DNA of 64,000 bases, from the NCBI GenBank assembly GCA_963575745.1, contig CAUYUJ010000222.1, positions 1 through 64,000 on the forward strand. Reading direction: 5' to 3'. A program made the position numbers and the translations under genes. Position 1 is the first letter of the stretch. Each line of letters opens with the position of its first letter. This DNA comes from Prorocentrum cordatum. Lineage: Eukaryota. The notes beneath the pieces were generated by a model that searched no databases, was not told the DNA's origin, and saw nothing but the letters and a program-made list of their open reading frames with translations. This document shows, piece by piece, positions 1-12,668 of the stretch.

Positions 1-11
1 GTAGTAGCAGC

Positions 12-52
<41 letters not shown>

Positions 53-54
53 GT

Positions 55-104
<50 letters not shown>

Positions 105-120
105 ATAGTAGTAGTAGTAT

Positions 121-167
<47 letters not shown>

Positions 168-217
168 ATAGTAATAGTAAAAGTAGAAGTAACAGTAGTA
201 GTAGTAGTAGTAGTAGT

Positions 218-250
<33 letters not shown>

Positions 251-251
251 C

Positions 252-308
<57 letters not shown>

Positions 309-343
309 TAGTAGTAGTAGTAGTTAGTAGTAGTAGTAGTAGT

Positions 344-385
<42 letters not shown>

Positions 386-718
386 TAGTAGTAGCAGTTA
401 GTAGTAGTAGTAGTTAGTAGTAGTAGTAGTAGCAGTTAGTAGTAGTAGTAGTAGTAGTAGTGGTAAGAAGTTAGAAGTAGTAAGTAGTGTAGAGAGTAGT
501 AGAAGTAGTAGTAGGGTAGTGTAGTAGTAGTAGTAGTAGTAGTAGCAGGAGAAGAGTAGTCGTAGCGAGAAGTAGTAGTAGTAGTAAGTAGTGGGAGTAG
601 TAGTAGTTAGTAGTAGTTAGTAGTAGTAGTATCGTAGTAGGTAGTAGTAGTAGTAGTAGTAGTAGTAGGAGTAGTATTAGTAGCAGTAGTAGGTGTAGTA
701 GTAGTAGTAGAAGTAGTG

Positions 719-756
<38 letters not shown>

Positions 757-949
757 TAGTAGTAGTAGTGAGTAGTAGTAGTAGGAATAGTAGTATTAGT
801 AGTAGTAGTGGCCGTAGTCGTAGTAGCAGTTGTAGTAGTAGTAGTAGCAGCAGTAGTAGTAATAGTTAGTAGTTAGTAGTTAGCAGTTAGTAGTTAGTAG
901 TAAGTAGTTAGTAGTTGGAAGTCAGTAGTAGTAGTAGTAGTCGTAGTAA

Positions 950-982
<33 letters not shown>

Positions 983-1076
983 GAGTAGTACTAGTCGTAC
1001 TAGTCATAGTTAGTAGTATTAGTAGTATTAGTAGTAGTACTAGTAGTAGTAGTAGTAGTAGTCGTAGTCGTAGGTC

Positions 1077-1116
<40 letters not shown>

Positions 1117-1227
1117 CCGTAGTACTAGTAGGAGTAGTTGTAGTAGTAGTAGTCGTCGTAGTAGTTGTAGTAGTCGTAGTAGTAGTAATAGTAGTAGTAG
1201 TCGTAGTAATAGTAAGTAATAGTAGGT

Positions 1228-1261
<34 letters not shown>

Positions 1262-1477
1262 AAATAGTAGTGGTAGTGGTGGTAGTAGTAGTAGTAATAG
1301 TAGTAGTAGTAGTAGTAGTAGTTAGAAGTAGCAGTAGAAGCAGTTAGAAGTAGCAGTAGAAATAGTAGGAGCAGGAGAAGAAGAAGTAGTAGTAGTAGTA
1401 GTAGTGAGAGTAGTAGTAGTAGTAGTAGTTAGTAGTAGTAGTAGTAGTAGTAGTAGTTAGTAGTAGTAGTAGTAGTC

Positions 1478-1545
<68 letters not shown>

Positions 1546-1564
1546 CGTAGTCGTAGTAGTAGCT

Positions 1565-1599
<35 letters not shown>

Positions 1600-1790
1600 T
1601 AGTAGTTAATAGTTAGTAGTTACTAGTTACTAGTTAGTAGTTAGTAGTTAGTAGTTAGTAGTTAGTAGTTAGTAGTAGTAGTAGTAGTAGTAGTAGTAAT
1701 AATAGAAGTAGAAGTAGTAGTAGTTGTAGTAGTAGTTGTAGTACTAGTCGTACTAGTCGTAGTTAGTAGTATTAGTCGTATTATTATTAT

Positions 1791-1830
<40 letters not shown>

Positions 1831-1861
1831 CGTAGTTGTAGTCGCAGTCGTAGTCGTAGTC

Positions 1862-1926
<65 letters not shown>

Positions 1927-1927
1927 C

Positions 1928-1968
<41 letters not shown>

Positions 1969-2001
1969 CGTAGAAGTAGTAGTAATAGTAGTAGTAGTAG
2001 T
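1..2001. repeat. Long degenerate (AGT)n/(TAG)n microsatellite
   Basis: Near-continuous gtagtagta with point interruptions. Confidence 0.98.
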
Positions 2002-2299
2002 CGTGCGAGATGCCGCGACACATCGACGAGACATCGCCAGCAGATCGGCGACAGGCTCACGACAGCAAGCCTGCACGTCTCTGGGCGGGGCGGGCGGTCA
2101 GGCCCCCCATCGGCGATGCACGGGCGGCCTCGCAGCGGCAGAATCTGGGCCCGCACGGCCGCCTCCCTGCCACCCAGCCTTCTCGCATCCACCGCCTTCC
2201 CCCTCCCTGAGACGCAGCCAAGGTCAGGATCGAAATCGGAACGGGATCAAACTCGGGCCTCTCGGAGTCAGATCCGGCGGCTCTGGTGGGTGCTATACA

Positions 2300-2475
2300 T
2301 GGGGGATGGACAGAGCCCCCTCTAGCAAGACGTGGTTTGATGAGCACGACCTCGGGCCCAAGCCTGGCGGGCGCAAGCCTGGAAAATGACGGCCGCGGCG
2401 CCCTCTCCAGAACCGCCAACGGAAAATCCACGAATCACCCATCGACGTGTCAGGGTGGGGCTCCTGCCCACCCCC
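2300..2475 (+). mobile_element. Dispersed ~170-bp repeat family with short terminal inverted repeats (MITE-like)
   Basis: GGGATGGACAGA...CAAGCCTGGAAAAT(G/A)ACGGCCGCGGCGCCCTCTC...ATCGACGTGTCA recurs at ~55210-55380; diverged reverse-orientation relatives at ~5985-6130 and ~34512-34662. Confidence 0.6.
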
Positions 2476-4862
2476 GAAATATACATCGACTGCACGCAAA
2501 AGTGACCCTGGGTAAGAGTGACCTTTGGTGCGCGACTTTTTTGGGGCCGCGGGAGAACCCAAACACGAGCGCGCAAGACGCTACTATCGCATCGAGCCCG
2601 GCGATCGGGAGGACCCAAGTAGGCCCGCACCAAAGGTCACTCCGGCGAAAGATCACTCTTACGTGTAGTCGAATACAGTGCGCCGCGGCACTCCCGCAGC
2701 GCCCCGAAGCGCTCTGAGAACGCTCCGGCACGCTCTGGAAGGATCCGTCCTGGTCCGGGCTGGGCGAAAGGGGGGGATAGCAAAGGGGGGGTTTGAGAGT
2801 CAGCTCACGTGGCTGATTTTCCCGAGGCGGCCATGTCTCGAGGAATGGGCCCCTCGGTGGGGCCGAGACCAGCTGCATGCGGCAGATTTCGTAACCCCCC
2901 CCGTTTCCCAAACCCCCCGTTTCGTCCGTCCCGAGCCATGGGCACCGCCGAAAACCGACGGAAACGCCAGAAGGCCTCGAACCTCGAGCCCGAAACTCCC
3001 CCCCTTCTCGCCGAGAACAAAAAAATATGCACACGTCCGAGCGATGCCGGGAGGAGAGGGGAAGCGGAGAGAGCAGTGGGCACGCGCCCGGCCCGACTGC
3101 TCCCAGCCCCGCCGCCGACCCTGGGCCCCGCGTCGGTCCGGCCAGGGTCGGCGGGAGCGGACGCACTCGACTCGGCGGCCTCTCCCTCCGGGCGCGCCGC
3201 GCGGTCGCGTGCGCGCGGCCGGCGGTCCCTCGGGCGCAGCCGGCAGGAGGTCGCAGGGGAGAGCATTGCTCGTCCGCTGCACGAAGGTCATGCGCCCGCA
3301 GGGGCTCCCGCATCGTCGCGCGCTCGTCTGCGGCCGGAGAGCTCCAGCTCTGCCCCCTCCACCCTCGCTCCTCCCTCCTGCGTTCCTGCTGCAGGCCTCC
3401 GGTGAGGACTTCCCACGATTGCGATAGCGAACTTACGACGCACAAGTGCCTGTCACGAGCCGTCTGATAGCGGCTGATCTTGATTGGGCCAGGCAGCGAC
3501 GACAGGCGGGACATTCACTCGTTACCCCGCTGGGCTCCCCCTCTCCCACCTCGACCTGACCAAGGTGCGCAGATAACCGGGACAATATTCAATGTACGCA
3601 TAGGCGAACTATGGGATGTTTTAGAAACTATCCCGAAGAAAACAGCGAGGGCAAAATTACGAAACAGCCCGGAAATGCCGCACGAGCAATGTTCCGGGGA
3701 CCATTAAACGGGCCTTCGTGGTTCGAAATCAATGCCAAGTTAATTTCTATATTCCGACCAACAAGAGCCCGAAGGCTCTTACATCTTTACCAGGAGCTTC
3801 CGGTAGCCCTAACACCTACACCTAATCCTCATCATCCTCTTCCCACTCCTTCTCTTCCTCCCCTCCTCCGATCCGATTCCTCCCTCTTCCTCCTCATCTC
3901 TTCCTTGCCGGTGATCCTCGTCGACCGGCGTTCGGGTCATAACTGAGGTCTCCAGCGGCCGTTCGGGACGATCAAGGCAACCCTGGAACGCTCTCGGCGA
4001 GGCGCATCCGTTGGAAGGCATCCCGAGGCCAGAAAACTATCTAGAACAAAAGAAAGCGTCCGAAAACCTGCAACCACGAACCCGAACTCTCCTGTCCCAC
4101 CTTACCGCGGGCTCGTGCATGGTCGACCCTGGCTGGTTCCTGTCACCGCGGGGATCGTTCTACCTTGGACGATCGTCAATTTCCGAAACGTCAGACCGTT
4201 CAACATCAACTGATTCCAAGTCACCGGCGGCGCTCAACGTTGAGCGCCGTCGGCGGAGTCGCCCCTGGTCGACGCGACGCAAACCGACCGTGCCCTCCTG
4301 CTTTGCCCATGCATGCTCAGCGACTCCGAAAGGTGTGGTTTGCAAAGGGTGTGGTTTGCAACCCTGGGGACGGGCGAGGGCCTCGATAGAGCTCTCAGCA
4401 GCGCCCCGAGGAGTCCTGACGAGGACAGCGTCGTGCTCCCTAGGACCCAACGGTGCCGATCTCCAACCACACCCTGGCGTGAGCATACCCGTTGGTCGGA
4501 AAAAGTAGGTAAAAACATGAAGGGGCCCCAGGACACACAAATAAACACACACAAACAACGAGATTCCTCATATGTTTCCTGTATTTTCTGGGTTTTCGTC
4601 TTCCCCCCCACTTCCCATATTTTCCGATACTTTCTGGGGAATCGACGAATCCGCCGGCCCCCTTGTGGGGCCACCAGGCTGTAGGCCCGTGATTCGCAGT
4701 TTCCTGTGCCAGTCGTAGGTTGTAGTTTCCAGTGTTACAGTTCTACTTCTTGCTGGTTACTGTAACTAGTTGATTGACCGCGCGAGGGGAGGGGAGGCCC
4801 AAACAAGATTTTTAGCGTCTCCTGGGCGCGTTGTCTGAATTGCTGGGGGGGCTCGAAATCGA

Positions 4863-5181
4863 CACCCCTCACGCAGATCCGCGGGGTCAGGGTCCAAAAA
4901 CACATGGGATTTGCCACATTTCTGAAATTCGGTGCCACCCCTCACGCAGATCCGCGGGGTCAGGGTCCAAAAACACATGGGATTTGCCACATTTCTGAAA
5001 TTCGGTGCCACCCCTCACGCAGATCCGCGGGGTCAGGGTCCAAAACATAGGGATTTGCCACATTTCTGAAATTCGGTGCCACCCCTCACGCAGATCCGCG
5101 GGGTCAGGGTGCAAAAACACACGGGATTTGCCACATTTCTGAAATTCGGTGCCACCCCTAACGCAGATCCGCGGGGTCAGG
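4863..5181 (+). repeat. 73-bp tandem satellite (>=4.3 copies, runs into gap)
   Basis: Unit CACCCCTCACGCAGATCCGCGGGGTCAGGGTCCAAAAACACATGGGATTTGCCACATTTCTGAAATTCGGTGC starting at 4863, 4936, ... Confidence 0.95.
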
Positions 5182-5281
5182 NNNNNNNNNNNNNNNNNNN
5201 NNNNNNNNNNNNNNNNNNNNNNNNNNNNNNNNNNNNNNNNNNNNNNNNNNNNNNNNNNNNNNNNNNNNNNNNNNNNNNNNN
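5182..5281. other. Assembly gap (100 N)
   Basis: Run of N. Confidence 1.
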
Positions 5282-5315
<34 letters not shown>

Positions 5316-5325
5316 TCTTCTTCGT

Positions 5326-5371
<46 letters not shown>

Positions 5372-5777
5372 CACTGCTACTACTGCTACTACTACTGCTA
5401 CGACTGCAAGTCGGCTACGTATATTCCTACTCGTTTCCACTCGTCCTCCTCTTCCTCGCTGCTTCACATCATCTTCATCACCACCACTACCGCCACCATC
5501 AGCACGATCATCCTCTAAGTCATTATCGTCGTCATCATCCTCATCATCCCCATCAGCATCGTCCTCGTTATCATCATCATCGTCCTCATCACCATTTTCA
5601 TATTCATTATCATGCCTCCGCGCGGACTGCTGTCCGCATTGCCCTTCTCGTCGCCGCGTTGAGCCGCAGCGCCGTCGCCCTAGGTCTCGACGCGTACCAT
5701 GCTCCGGCTTGCCCTTCGCGCACTGGAGTGGGGAAGATGGAGGGAAGGAGGATGTGCCGTCGGAGATTGATACGGTC

Positions 5778-5852
5778 GGAGACGTTTGCTGAGTGTGTCG
5801 CGCCGCTGACTCTGGCTCACCACGCTTCGGCGCGACACGCTAGCCACGTCCC
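5778..5852. mobile_element. ~75-bp hairpin/inverted-repeat mini-element (second copy 40094-40167)
   Basis: GACGTTTGCT(G/T)AG(T/C)GTGTCGCGCCG...CGGCGCGACACGCTA(G/A)CCACGTCCC at both sites. Confidence 0.65.
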
Positions 5853-6454
5853 CGCTGCCAAGCGTTAACGTCCCGAACTTTTCCCAGCCTCCCGCCCCGC
5901 GGAGCGGAGAGACGCAGTATCCGCTCGCAGGGCATGGCGTGTCGCCAGGGCCGCCGCCTCGACACCTTGAGCAAAAGCTCCCGACCGTAGAACCCCCACC
6001 CTGCCAAGTCGACTAGCGAGTTGCCTTTTTTTCCGAATCTCGGGAGGGGTGGCGGACGCAAACTTCTGCGGGCTTGCGCACGCTCGGCCTGATCTCGGGT
6101 CGTTCTCATGAAAGGGGGGCCAGGTATCGGCGGGACGGCAGTTGCCCGACACTCGCGCGCAAGCTGCCCGCGCAAGGTCGCGCGTGAGCGCCCTCGTCTT
6201 CAATGTGGCCTGCCGCGCTGGTGGCCCGCGTAAGCCGTGGCGTCACTTCGCTGTGTCATCTCGCGCGAGACCCGTTTCTGATCGTCGCCACCTTACCGTA
6301 CCCATCCTGGCCAGACCGATTCTGGGCACAGGATCGGTGCGCTTGTCTCCCCGGCCCAGCCCAGGGGGCTCGTGCGCCGGTGTGGGGCCCAGGCCGGGCC
6401 TGCCAAACATCAGTGAGGCGGTCAGCGGATGTCCCTCGGAAGGTACACGACGAG

Positions 6455-6620
6455 GGGCCCGAGGATCGCGCCGTGTCGTCGATGCGTCGACGATGCGGCT
6501 CGATGTGGAGCCCGATGTTCTCCACGCCGACGTCGCCGATGCATCGCCGGTGCATCGCCGATGCATCGCCGATGCATCGGCGCGATGTATCGGCGCGATC
6601 CTCCGACCCAATCTACTCGG
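6455..6620. mobile_element. GATGCATC-rich MITE-like element (family with 55964-56191 and 57138-57325)
   Basis: GAGGATCGCGCCG...CGGCGCGATCCTCCGACCC inverted ends with an internal CGCCGATGCAT repeat. Confidence 0.7.
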
Positions 6621-6669
6621 GCCCCACCCAGGAGGCCTCCCGAGGGGGAGTTGAAGGGGAGAGGAGCGT

Positions 6670-7540
6670 TCAGGCCGCTCCAGCCAAGGTGATGAACGTT
6701 GCGGCGTCGGTCTGGCTGGTCTCGCCATTGCTTTTGCTATATACCCGTGGGAGTCGTGGCTTCCGTGGTTGTCGAGGGTGCGGCGGCTTCCCGAGCCCTT
6801 TAATTTCTTCTTGCCGGACGAGCTGCTGTCGTAGTTGCCATGGGAGGCGTAGGATTTGCTCTTGCAGTTGTTGGGAGCCTTGCCCTGCAACAGTAGTCCT
6901 TGGTTTCGACCTTACAGGGCTGGCTCTTCCCGCTGCCATTTTGACATACGTACTTGCCCTTGTCTTTGCCCTGCGGCATGGGGGGCTCCTTGGTCGGTCG
7001 CGGCTGGCTCCTTGTGTTCTGTGTCTAGATCGTCGTCCACCTCGTAACCATCGAGGTCCACTTCGGACTCGTCGCTTGCCAGACAGCAGTATTCCACTGT
7101 CCAAGCGTCCTCACCCTGGTTGTCTGCCTCATTCTTGTCCCCTAAGATATTGCAGTAAAGGGCATACGCCCTTTTTGCCGCCATCATGAGCCAAGGCTTC
7201 AGGTCGCCGGGCTTACGCGCCTTCTTCGCTTTGGAGCAGTGGGCTTACTTTGCGAAAGCCCTGATGGCCCTAGTTGGACCCAGCTTGCTGAGCATCCAGG
7301 CCCGACCATCATCAAAGTATGCGCCGACTCCTAGCACGTAAACTGGCACCATGACCTCGTCGGGCGAGTTCTCCCGCGGGTCTGTAAGCTTCGCGACGGC
7401 GCGGCCGCGAAATCCCTTGTGATGCGGCCCATTTCCTTCAGCACTTTTTCTCCAGAGCTCGAGGTCCTCGAGAGGGACGCAGAGGATGGTCCGCCTCTTG
7501 ACGTAGGTGCTATCATCGTCTGACTCGTCCGGGTGGTCTT
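6670..7540 (-). pseudogene. Possible decayed coding fragment, unknown family
   Basis: Protein-like fragments in different frames (EKVLKEMGRITRDF; MMAAKRAYALYCNILGD...acidic DESEVDLDGYEVDDDLD); no family recognised. Confidence 0.25.
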
Positions 7541-7569
7541 TGAACTTTGGTTATTGAATCGCTTCGCTC

Positions 7570-9118
7570 ATTCCGCCAGCCCATTTCGCATGACTGAGCC
7601 TCTTGGGGCCGCTGGGGGGCCTCTTCAGCGTCGCTTGGGGGCCTCCTGAGGGCCTCTTGGGGGCTTTGGGGGCCTCTCAGGGGCCTCTTGAGGCCTCCTG
7701 GGGGCTTCTTAAGGCCGAGGGCTCGAAGTTTTGTTTTGTGTTCCCCTTTGGGGCATCGCTTGGGGCCCTCTTGGGCCCCTCTTGGGCCGTCTTGGATGCC
7801 TCTGGGGCCGTCTTGGAGCCCTCTTGGGCCATCTTGGGGCCTTCTTGGGAGCTTCTTGGGCCCTCTTGGGGCGATCTTGGGGGCCTCTTGGGCCATCTTG
7901 GTGCGTCGGGAAGCCGAAAAGATGGACACGCCGAAATCTGCCCAAAACCTAAGGAAAAGTAATGAATTTTGCCTCTTGGGGCCCTCTGGGGAGTGCTCTT
8001 GGAGGCCTCTTGGGGCTTCTGGGGGCCATCTTGGGCGTCTTGGAACGATCGTGTTGCATCTCGGAGCACTCTTCAACCATCTTGGAGGGCTCTTGGCGGC
8101 CTCGTGGCCCTTCTTGGGGCTCTCTGGAGGGCCACGGGGGCGGCGCCCAGGAGGAAAACCATCTCTGACCCGAGTCTGCCGGGGATCGCCAGGGGTACTT
8201 TTCGTCCGGGGACCCCCAGGGGCCGCCCCGCGCGCGCGAAGTAGAAGTATTATTTAGCAGTTACCGGAGATCTTAGCACGCCTCTGGCCCGTTGGGCCGG
8301 CGAATTCCCCAGCATGTTCTTCGTCTTGCCCAGTGTGTGTCGCCTTCCCGATTGTTTGATTTGAATCGAAGACGCCTACTGCGAATCACCGCCGCCCCCT
8401 GCCTTTTTGGAAGCGCCTATGTGGCCGAACGTTGAGGCCAGAGCTGCCAAGCTATCGGACCACGTGTTCCCCGAATCGGTTTGGAAAGCCTTCGGAGAAC
8501 ACGTGGGCATCTTGAAGGTCATCTTGGCCGTCTTGGAGGCCTCTTGGGCAAGCTTTGGGCGATCTTTGGGGCTTTTCGGGCCGTCTCGGGCCAGCTTCGA
8601 GCCAACTTCGGCCATCTTGGTGGGTTCCTGGCACGTCTGAAGCCGTCGGAAGCCGTTTGGGGGGCCTCTATGGGCCGACTTGGGGCCCGCTTGGAATGCT
8701 CCAGGGCCGTCTTGGAGGCCAACTTGGGCGTCTGGGAGGCCATCTTGGGCGTGTTGGAGGCCTCTTGGGCCCTCTTGGGGCCCTCTAGGGGCCATCTTGG
8801 AGGCCACTTGGGCCATCATGGGGCTCTCTTGGGGGCCTCTTGGGCGATCTTGGGGGCTTCTTGGGCCGTCTTGAGCAGTCGGAGAGCCGAAAAGGCGCAA
8901 ATGCCAAAATCCTTCAAAAACCAAGGGAAAATCAATGATTTTGGCCTCTTCGGACTCTCCTGGAGGACCTCTTGGAGGCCTCTTGGGCCGTCTGGGAGGC
9001 CTCTGGGGGGCCTCTTGGGCCGTCTTGGGCCGTCTTGGACTCTCTTGGGCCGTTTTGGAGGCCGTCTTGGACCATCTCGGGCGGACTTGGAGGCCTTCTT
9101 GGGCCATCTTCGCGATTT
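7570..9118 (+). repeat. Dispersed GGCC(G/T)CTTGG-rich repeat elements (two adjacent members)
   Basis: Dense ~10-11-bp TCTTGG(G/A)G(G)CC units; 8365-9118 is near-identical to 10831-11580. Confidence 0.85.
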
Positions 9119-9262
9119 TTTACCTATAACAGCGAAGGAATGGATAGGTTTTGAATGGTTCTCAAAAGAGTCACAGATTCTCTCCAAGGGGGGTCGGGGC
9201 AGGTGTGTTGGGGTGTTGCGGGGCGGAAGGGTGCCGGGCTCGTTTTTTCCAACAGTCACAAA

Positions 9263-9747
9263 TTCGTGCTCTTCGACTTCCCTGAACTCCATTCCCGGGC
9301 GACATTTGGGATGCCCGGAGCCAACTGTAGGCCACTTCGTGCTCTTCGATTTCCCAGAACTCCATTCCCGGGCCACATTTTGGATGCCCGGAGCCAACTG
9401 TAGGCCACTTCGTGCTCTTCCATTTCCCAGAACTCCATTCCCGGGCCACTTTTTGGATGCCCGGAGCCAACTGTAGGCCATTTCGTGCTCTTCTATTTCC
9501 CAGAATTCCATTCCCGGGCCACATTCTGAATGCCCGGAGCCATCTGTAGGCCACTTCGTGCTCTTCGACTTCCCAGAACTCCATTCCCGGGCCACATTTT
9601 GAATGCCCGGAGCCAACTGTAGGCCACTTCGTGCTCTTCGAGTTCCCAGAACTCCATTCCCGGGCCACATTTTGAATGCCCGTAGCCAACTGTAGGCAAC
9701 TTCGTGCTCTTCGACTTCCCTGAACTCCCATTCTGGGGCCACATTCT
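9263..9747 (+). repeat. 73-bp tandem satellite (~6.6 copies)
   Basis: Unit TTCGTGCTCTTCGATTTCCCAGAACTCCATTCCCGGGCCACATTTTGGATGCCCGGAGCCAACTGTAGGCCAC at 9263, 9336, 9409, ... Confidence 0.95.
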
Positions 9748-9769
9748 TCAGCAGGGCCAAGAGCTCGAC

Positions 9770-10480
9770 GAGGAGGAGGAGAAGAGACCAGGGAGGTCGA
9801 GACGTAGCAGGAGCTGGAAGAGGAGCAGGAGGAGAGGAGAAGAAGGACGAGTCAGAAGGAGGAGGAGGACGAGCAGGGGAGGAGGACGGACCAGGGTGGA
9901 GGAGGGACGACCAGGGAGAGGAGAGGAGGAGGAGTGAGGGGGAGGGGGAGGAGTAACAGGAGGAGGAGGAGGAGGAGGAGGAGAGGAGGAGGGAAGAGGA
10001 GGAGGGAGGAGGAGGACGATGGACGAGGAGGAGGAGGGGAGGGGGGGGGGTGAGTTCCAGGAGGAGGAGAAACGAGGTCCCCAGGGAGGGGAGGAGGAGG
10101 AGAGGAGGCAGGATGGAGGGGATGGAACACCAGGAGGAGGGAGGAGGTACGAGCAAGACGAGGGAGGACGTGAACGGGAACCGAACCCCCCAGGAAGAGG
10201 AGGAGGAGGAGGAGGAGGGGAGGGGGAGGACTACCAGGAGGAGGAGGAGGAGGAGGAGGAAGAGGAGGAGGAGGACGAGGAGGAGGAGGAGGAGGAGGAC
10301 GAGGAGGAGGAGGGGGGGGAGAGCACCAGGAGGAGGAGAACGAGGACCACCAGGAGGAGGAGGAGGAGGAGGAGGAGGAGGAGGAGGAGGAGGAGAGAGC
10401 ACCAGGAGGAGGAGGACGAGCAAGACGAGGAGGACGAGAACGAGGACGAGCAGGAGGAAGAGGAGGAGGAGGAGGAGGCA
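9770..10480. repeat. (GGA)n low-complexity tract
   Basis: Purine-rich gaggaggag array. Confidence 0.95.
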
Positions 10481-10654
10481 GGTGAGGCTGAGGCTGTGAC
10501 TGCGACTGCCGTTGCCGCTGCGACTGTCATCGCGAATGCGACTACGACTGCGAGAACAGCAGAATTCGACAACTGGATTTTCATCTGAATCTTAAGGGGA
10601 ATGCTTTCAGATATGCTTCTACACATCGCTGTTAGGTTGCTTTGCCGGGATAAT

Positions 10655-12420
10655 TGAGGATGTCCCGAGCGAAACGGCCGTTTTGGGCATTGACAGACGC
10701 ATTTTGGGAAATGCGCGGGTGGCCGGCGGGACGGGCCGAAGCCCACTGGGGAGTTCTTTTAGAAAAAGAACCAAAACCAAAACTGAATCATCCAGCACGC
10801 CGTGCACCCCTGCAAGCCAGGGGGCGGCGGATCGAAGACGCCTACGGCGAATCACCGCCGCCCCCTGCCTTTCGGAAGCGCCTATGTGGCCGAACGTTGA
10901 GGCCAGACCTGCCAAGCTATCGGACCACGTGTTCCCCGAATCGGTTTGGAAAGCCTTCGGGGAACACGTGGGCATCTTGAAGGTCATCTTGGCCGTCTTG
11001 GAGGCCTCTTGGGCAAGCTTTGGGCGATCTTTGGGCTTTTTGGGCCGTCTCGGGCCAGCTTCGAGCCAACTTCGGCCATCTTGGTGGGTTCCTGGCACGT
11101 CTGAAGCCGTCGGAAGCCGTTTGGGGGGCCTCTATGGGCCGACTTGGGGCCCGCTTGGAATGCTCCAGGGCCGTCTTGGAGGCCATCTTGGGCGTCTTGG
11201 AGGCCATCTTGGGCGTGTTGGAGGCCTCTTGGGCCCTCTGGGGCCCTCTAGGGGCCATCTTGGAGGCCACTTGGGCCATCATGGGGCTCTCTTGGGGGCC
11301 TCTTGGGCGATCTTGGGGGCTTCTTGGGCCGTCTTGAGCCGTCGGAGAGCCGAAAAGGCGCAAATGCCAAAATCCTTCAAAAACCAAGGGAAAATCAATG
11401 ATTTTGGCCTCTTCGGACTCTCCTGGAGGACCTCTTGGAGGCCTCTTGGGCCGTCTGGGAGGCCTCTGGGGGGCCTCTTGGGCCGTCTTGGGCCGTCTTG
11501 GACTCTCTTGGGCCGTTTGGAGGCCGTCTTGGACCATCTCGGGCGGACTTGGAGGCCATCTTGGGCCATCTTCGCGATTTTTGAGGATGTCCCGAGCGAA
11601 ACGGCCGTTCTTGGAGGATTTTTTGCGGTCGTTGAGCACGTTTGGGGAAATTCCGGGTGGCCGGCGGGTTCTGCCGGAGCCCATTGGGAAGTTCTTTTGG
11701 AAAAAGAACCAAAACCAAAACCTGAAACGTCCAGCACGCCGTGCACCCCTGCAAGCAGGGGGCGGCGGATCTAGCGGCCTGCGGCAAATCCCGCCACCGT
11801 GCCAGCCGTGTTTCTTGGGTGGCGACCGTTCGGGGGGTCGCACAGGAGGCCGTAGCGTTTGACACCTCGTGTCCGCGGCTTGGAAGAGTCGTAACATGCG
11901 GCACACTCTTCCGCGGCGTGTCGAGAGTTCTCTGCTCGTATTCGTGTTCCTCCCTTTATTTTGTCCTTCTTGGACTCCTGTGGGACAGTCTTGGGCTCCC
12001 TTGGGCCACTCTGGGCCGTCTTCAGGCCCTCTTGGGCTATCTTGGGACTCTCGTGCGGAAGTCTTGGGCCAGGCTCTGTGAAGCTGCACGGGGTCCCTCC
12101 AGAGGCCCTCTTGGGCAAGCTTGGGCCTCTCTTAGGGACGTCCTGGGCCGTCTAGGGGCCCTGTTGGGCTGTCTTGAGGCAGCCTTGGAGAATTGTTGGG
12201 CCATTGTAGGGCCTTCCTGAAGGCCTTTGGAGCCGTCTGAAACTGAAGGAAGCCCGAAAAGGTGAAGACGCCCAAAGCGCCCAAAAACCTACGGGTGATG
12301 TATGATTGGGGCCTCTTCGGGCCCTATTGGGGGGCCCTCTTGTGGCCGTCTTGGGAGGTATATTGTGCGATCTTGGCGCCCTTGGTTACTTGCGTCGGCC
12401 GTCTTTGAGGCTCGCGAGCG
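10655..12420 (+). repeat. TCTTGG-rich dispersed repeat with an internal ~180-bp direct duplication ending in a hairpin (CAGCACGCCGTGCACCCCTGCAAGC..AGGGGGCGGCGGAT)
   Basis: 10655-10832 resembles 11581-11770; the body matches 8365-9118. Confidence 0.8.
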
Positions 12421-12567
12421 GGGCCTCATTGTCGTTTGCGAGGGATCGCGGCGGGATCCTTTTTTGTACCAGGAAGCGTGGCCTCAGGAGAGGGGGCCGT
12501 GTTGAGAGGAGGGGGCTTAGAATATTGTAACAACATTACCAGGCAGCATTTGGCAGTCGTTTTTTGT

Positions 12568-12613
<46 letters not shown>

Positions 12614-12624
12614 CATATGTAACC

Positions 12625-12668
<44 letters not shown>

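Noticed and set aside
1662..2192. Poly-L/T/Y/S/V/E/R ORFs here and at 5076-5868, 8816-10746, 42105-44790, 46392-47170, 50391-52830 and 60667-61712
   Set aside because: Translations of trinucleotide microsatellites.
7513..12220. Long ORFs on both strands across TCTTGG-rich repeats
   Set aside because: Stop-poor GC-rich tandem units with no domain signal.
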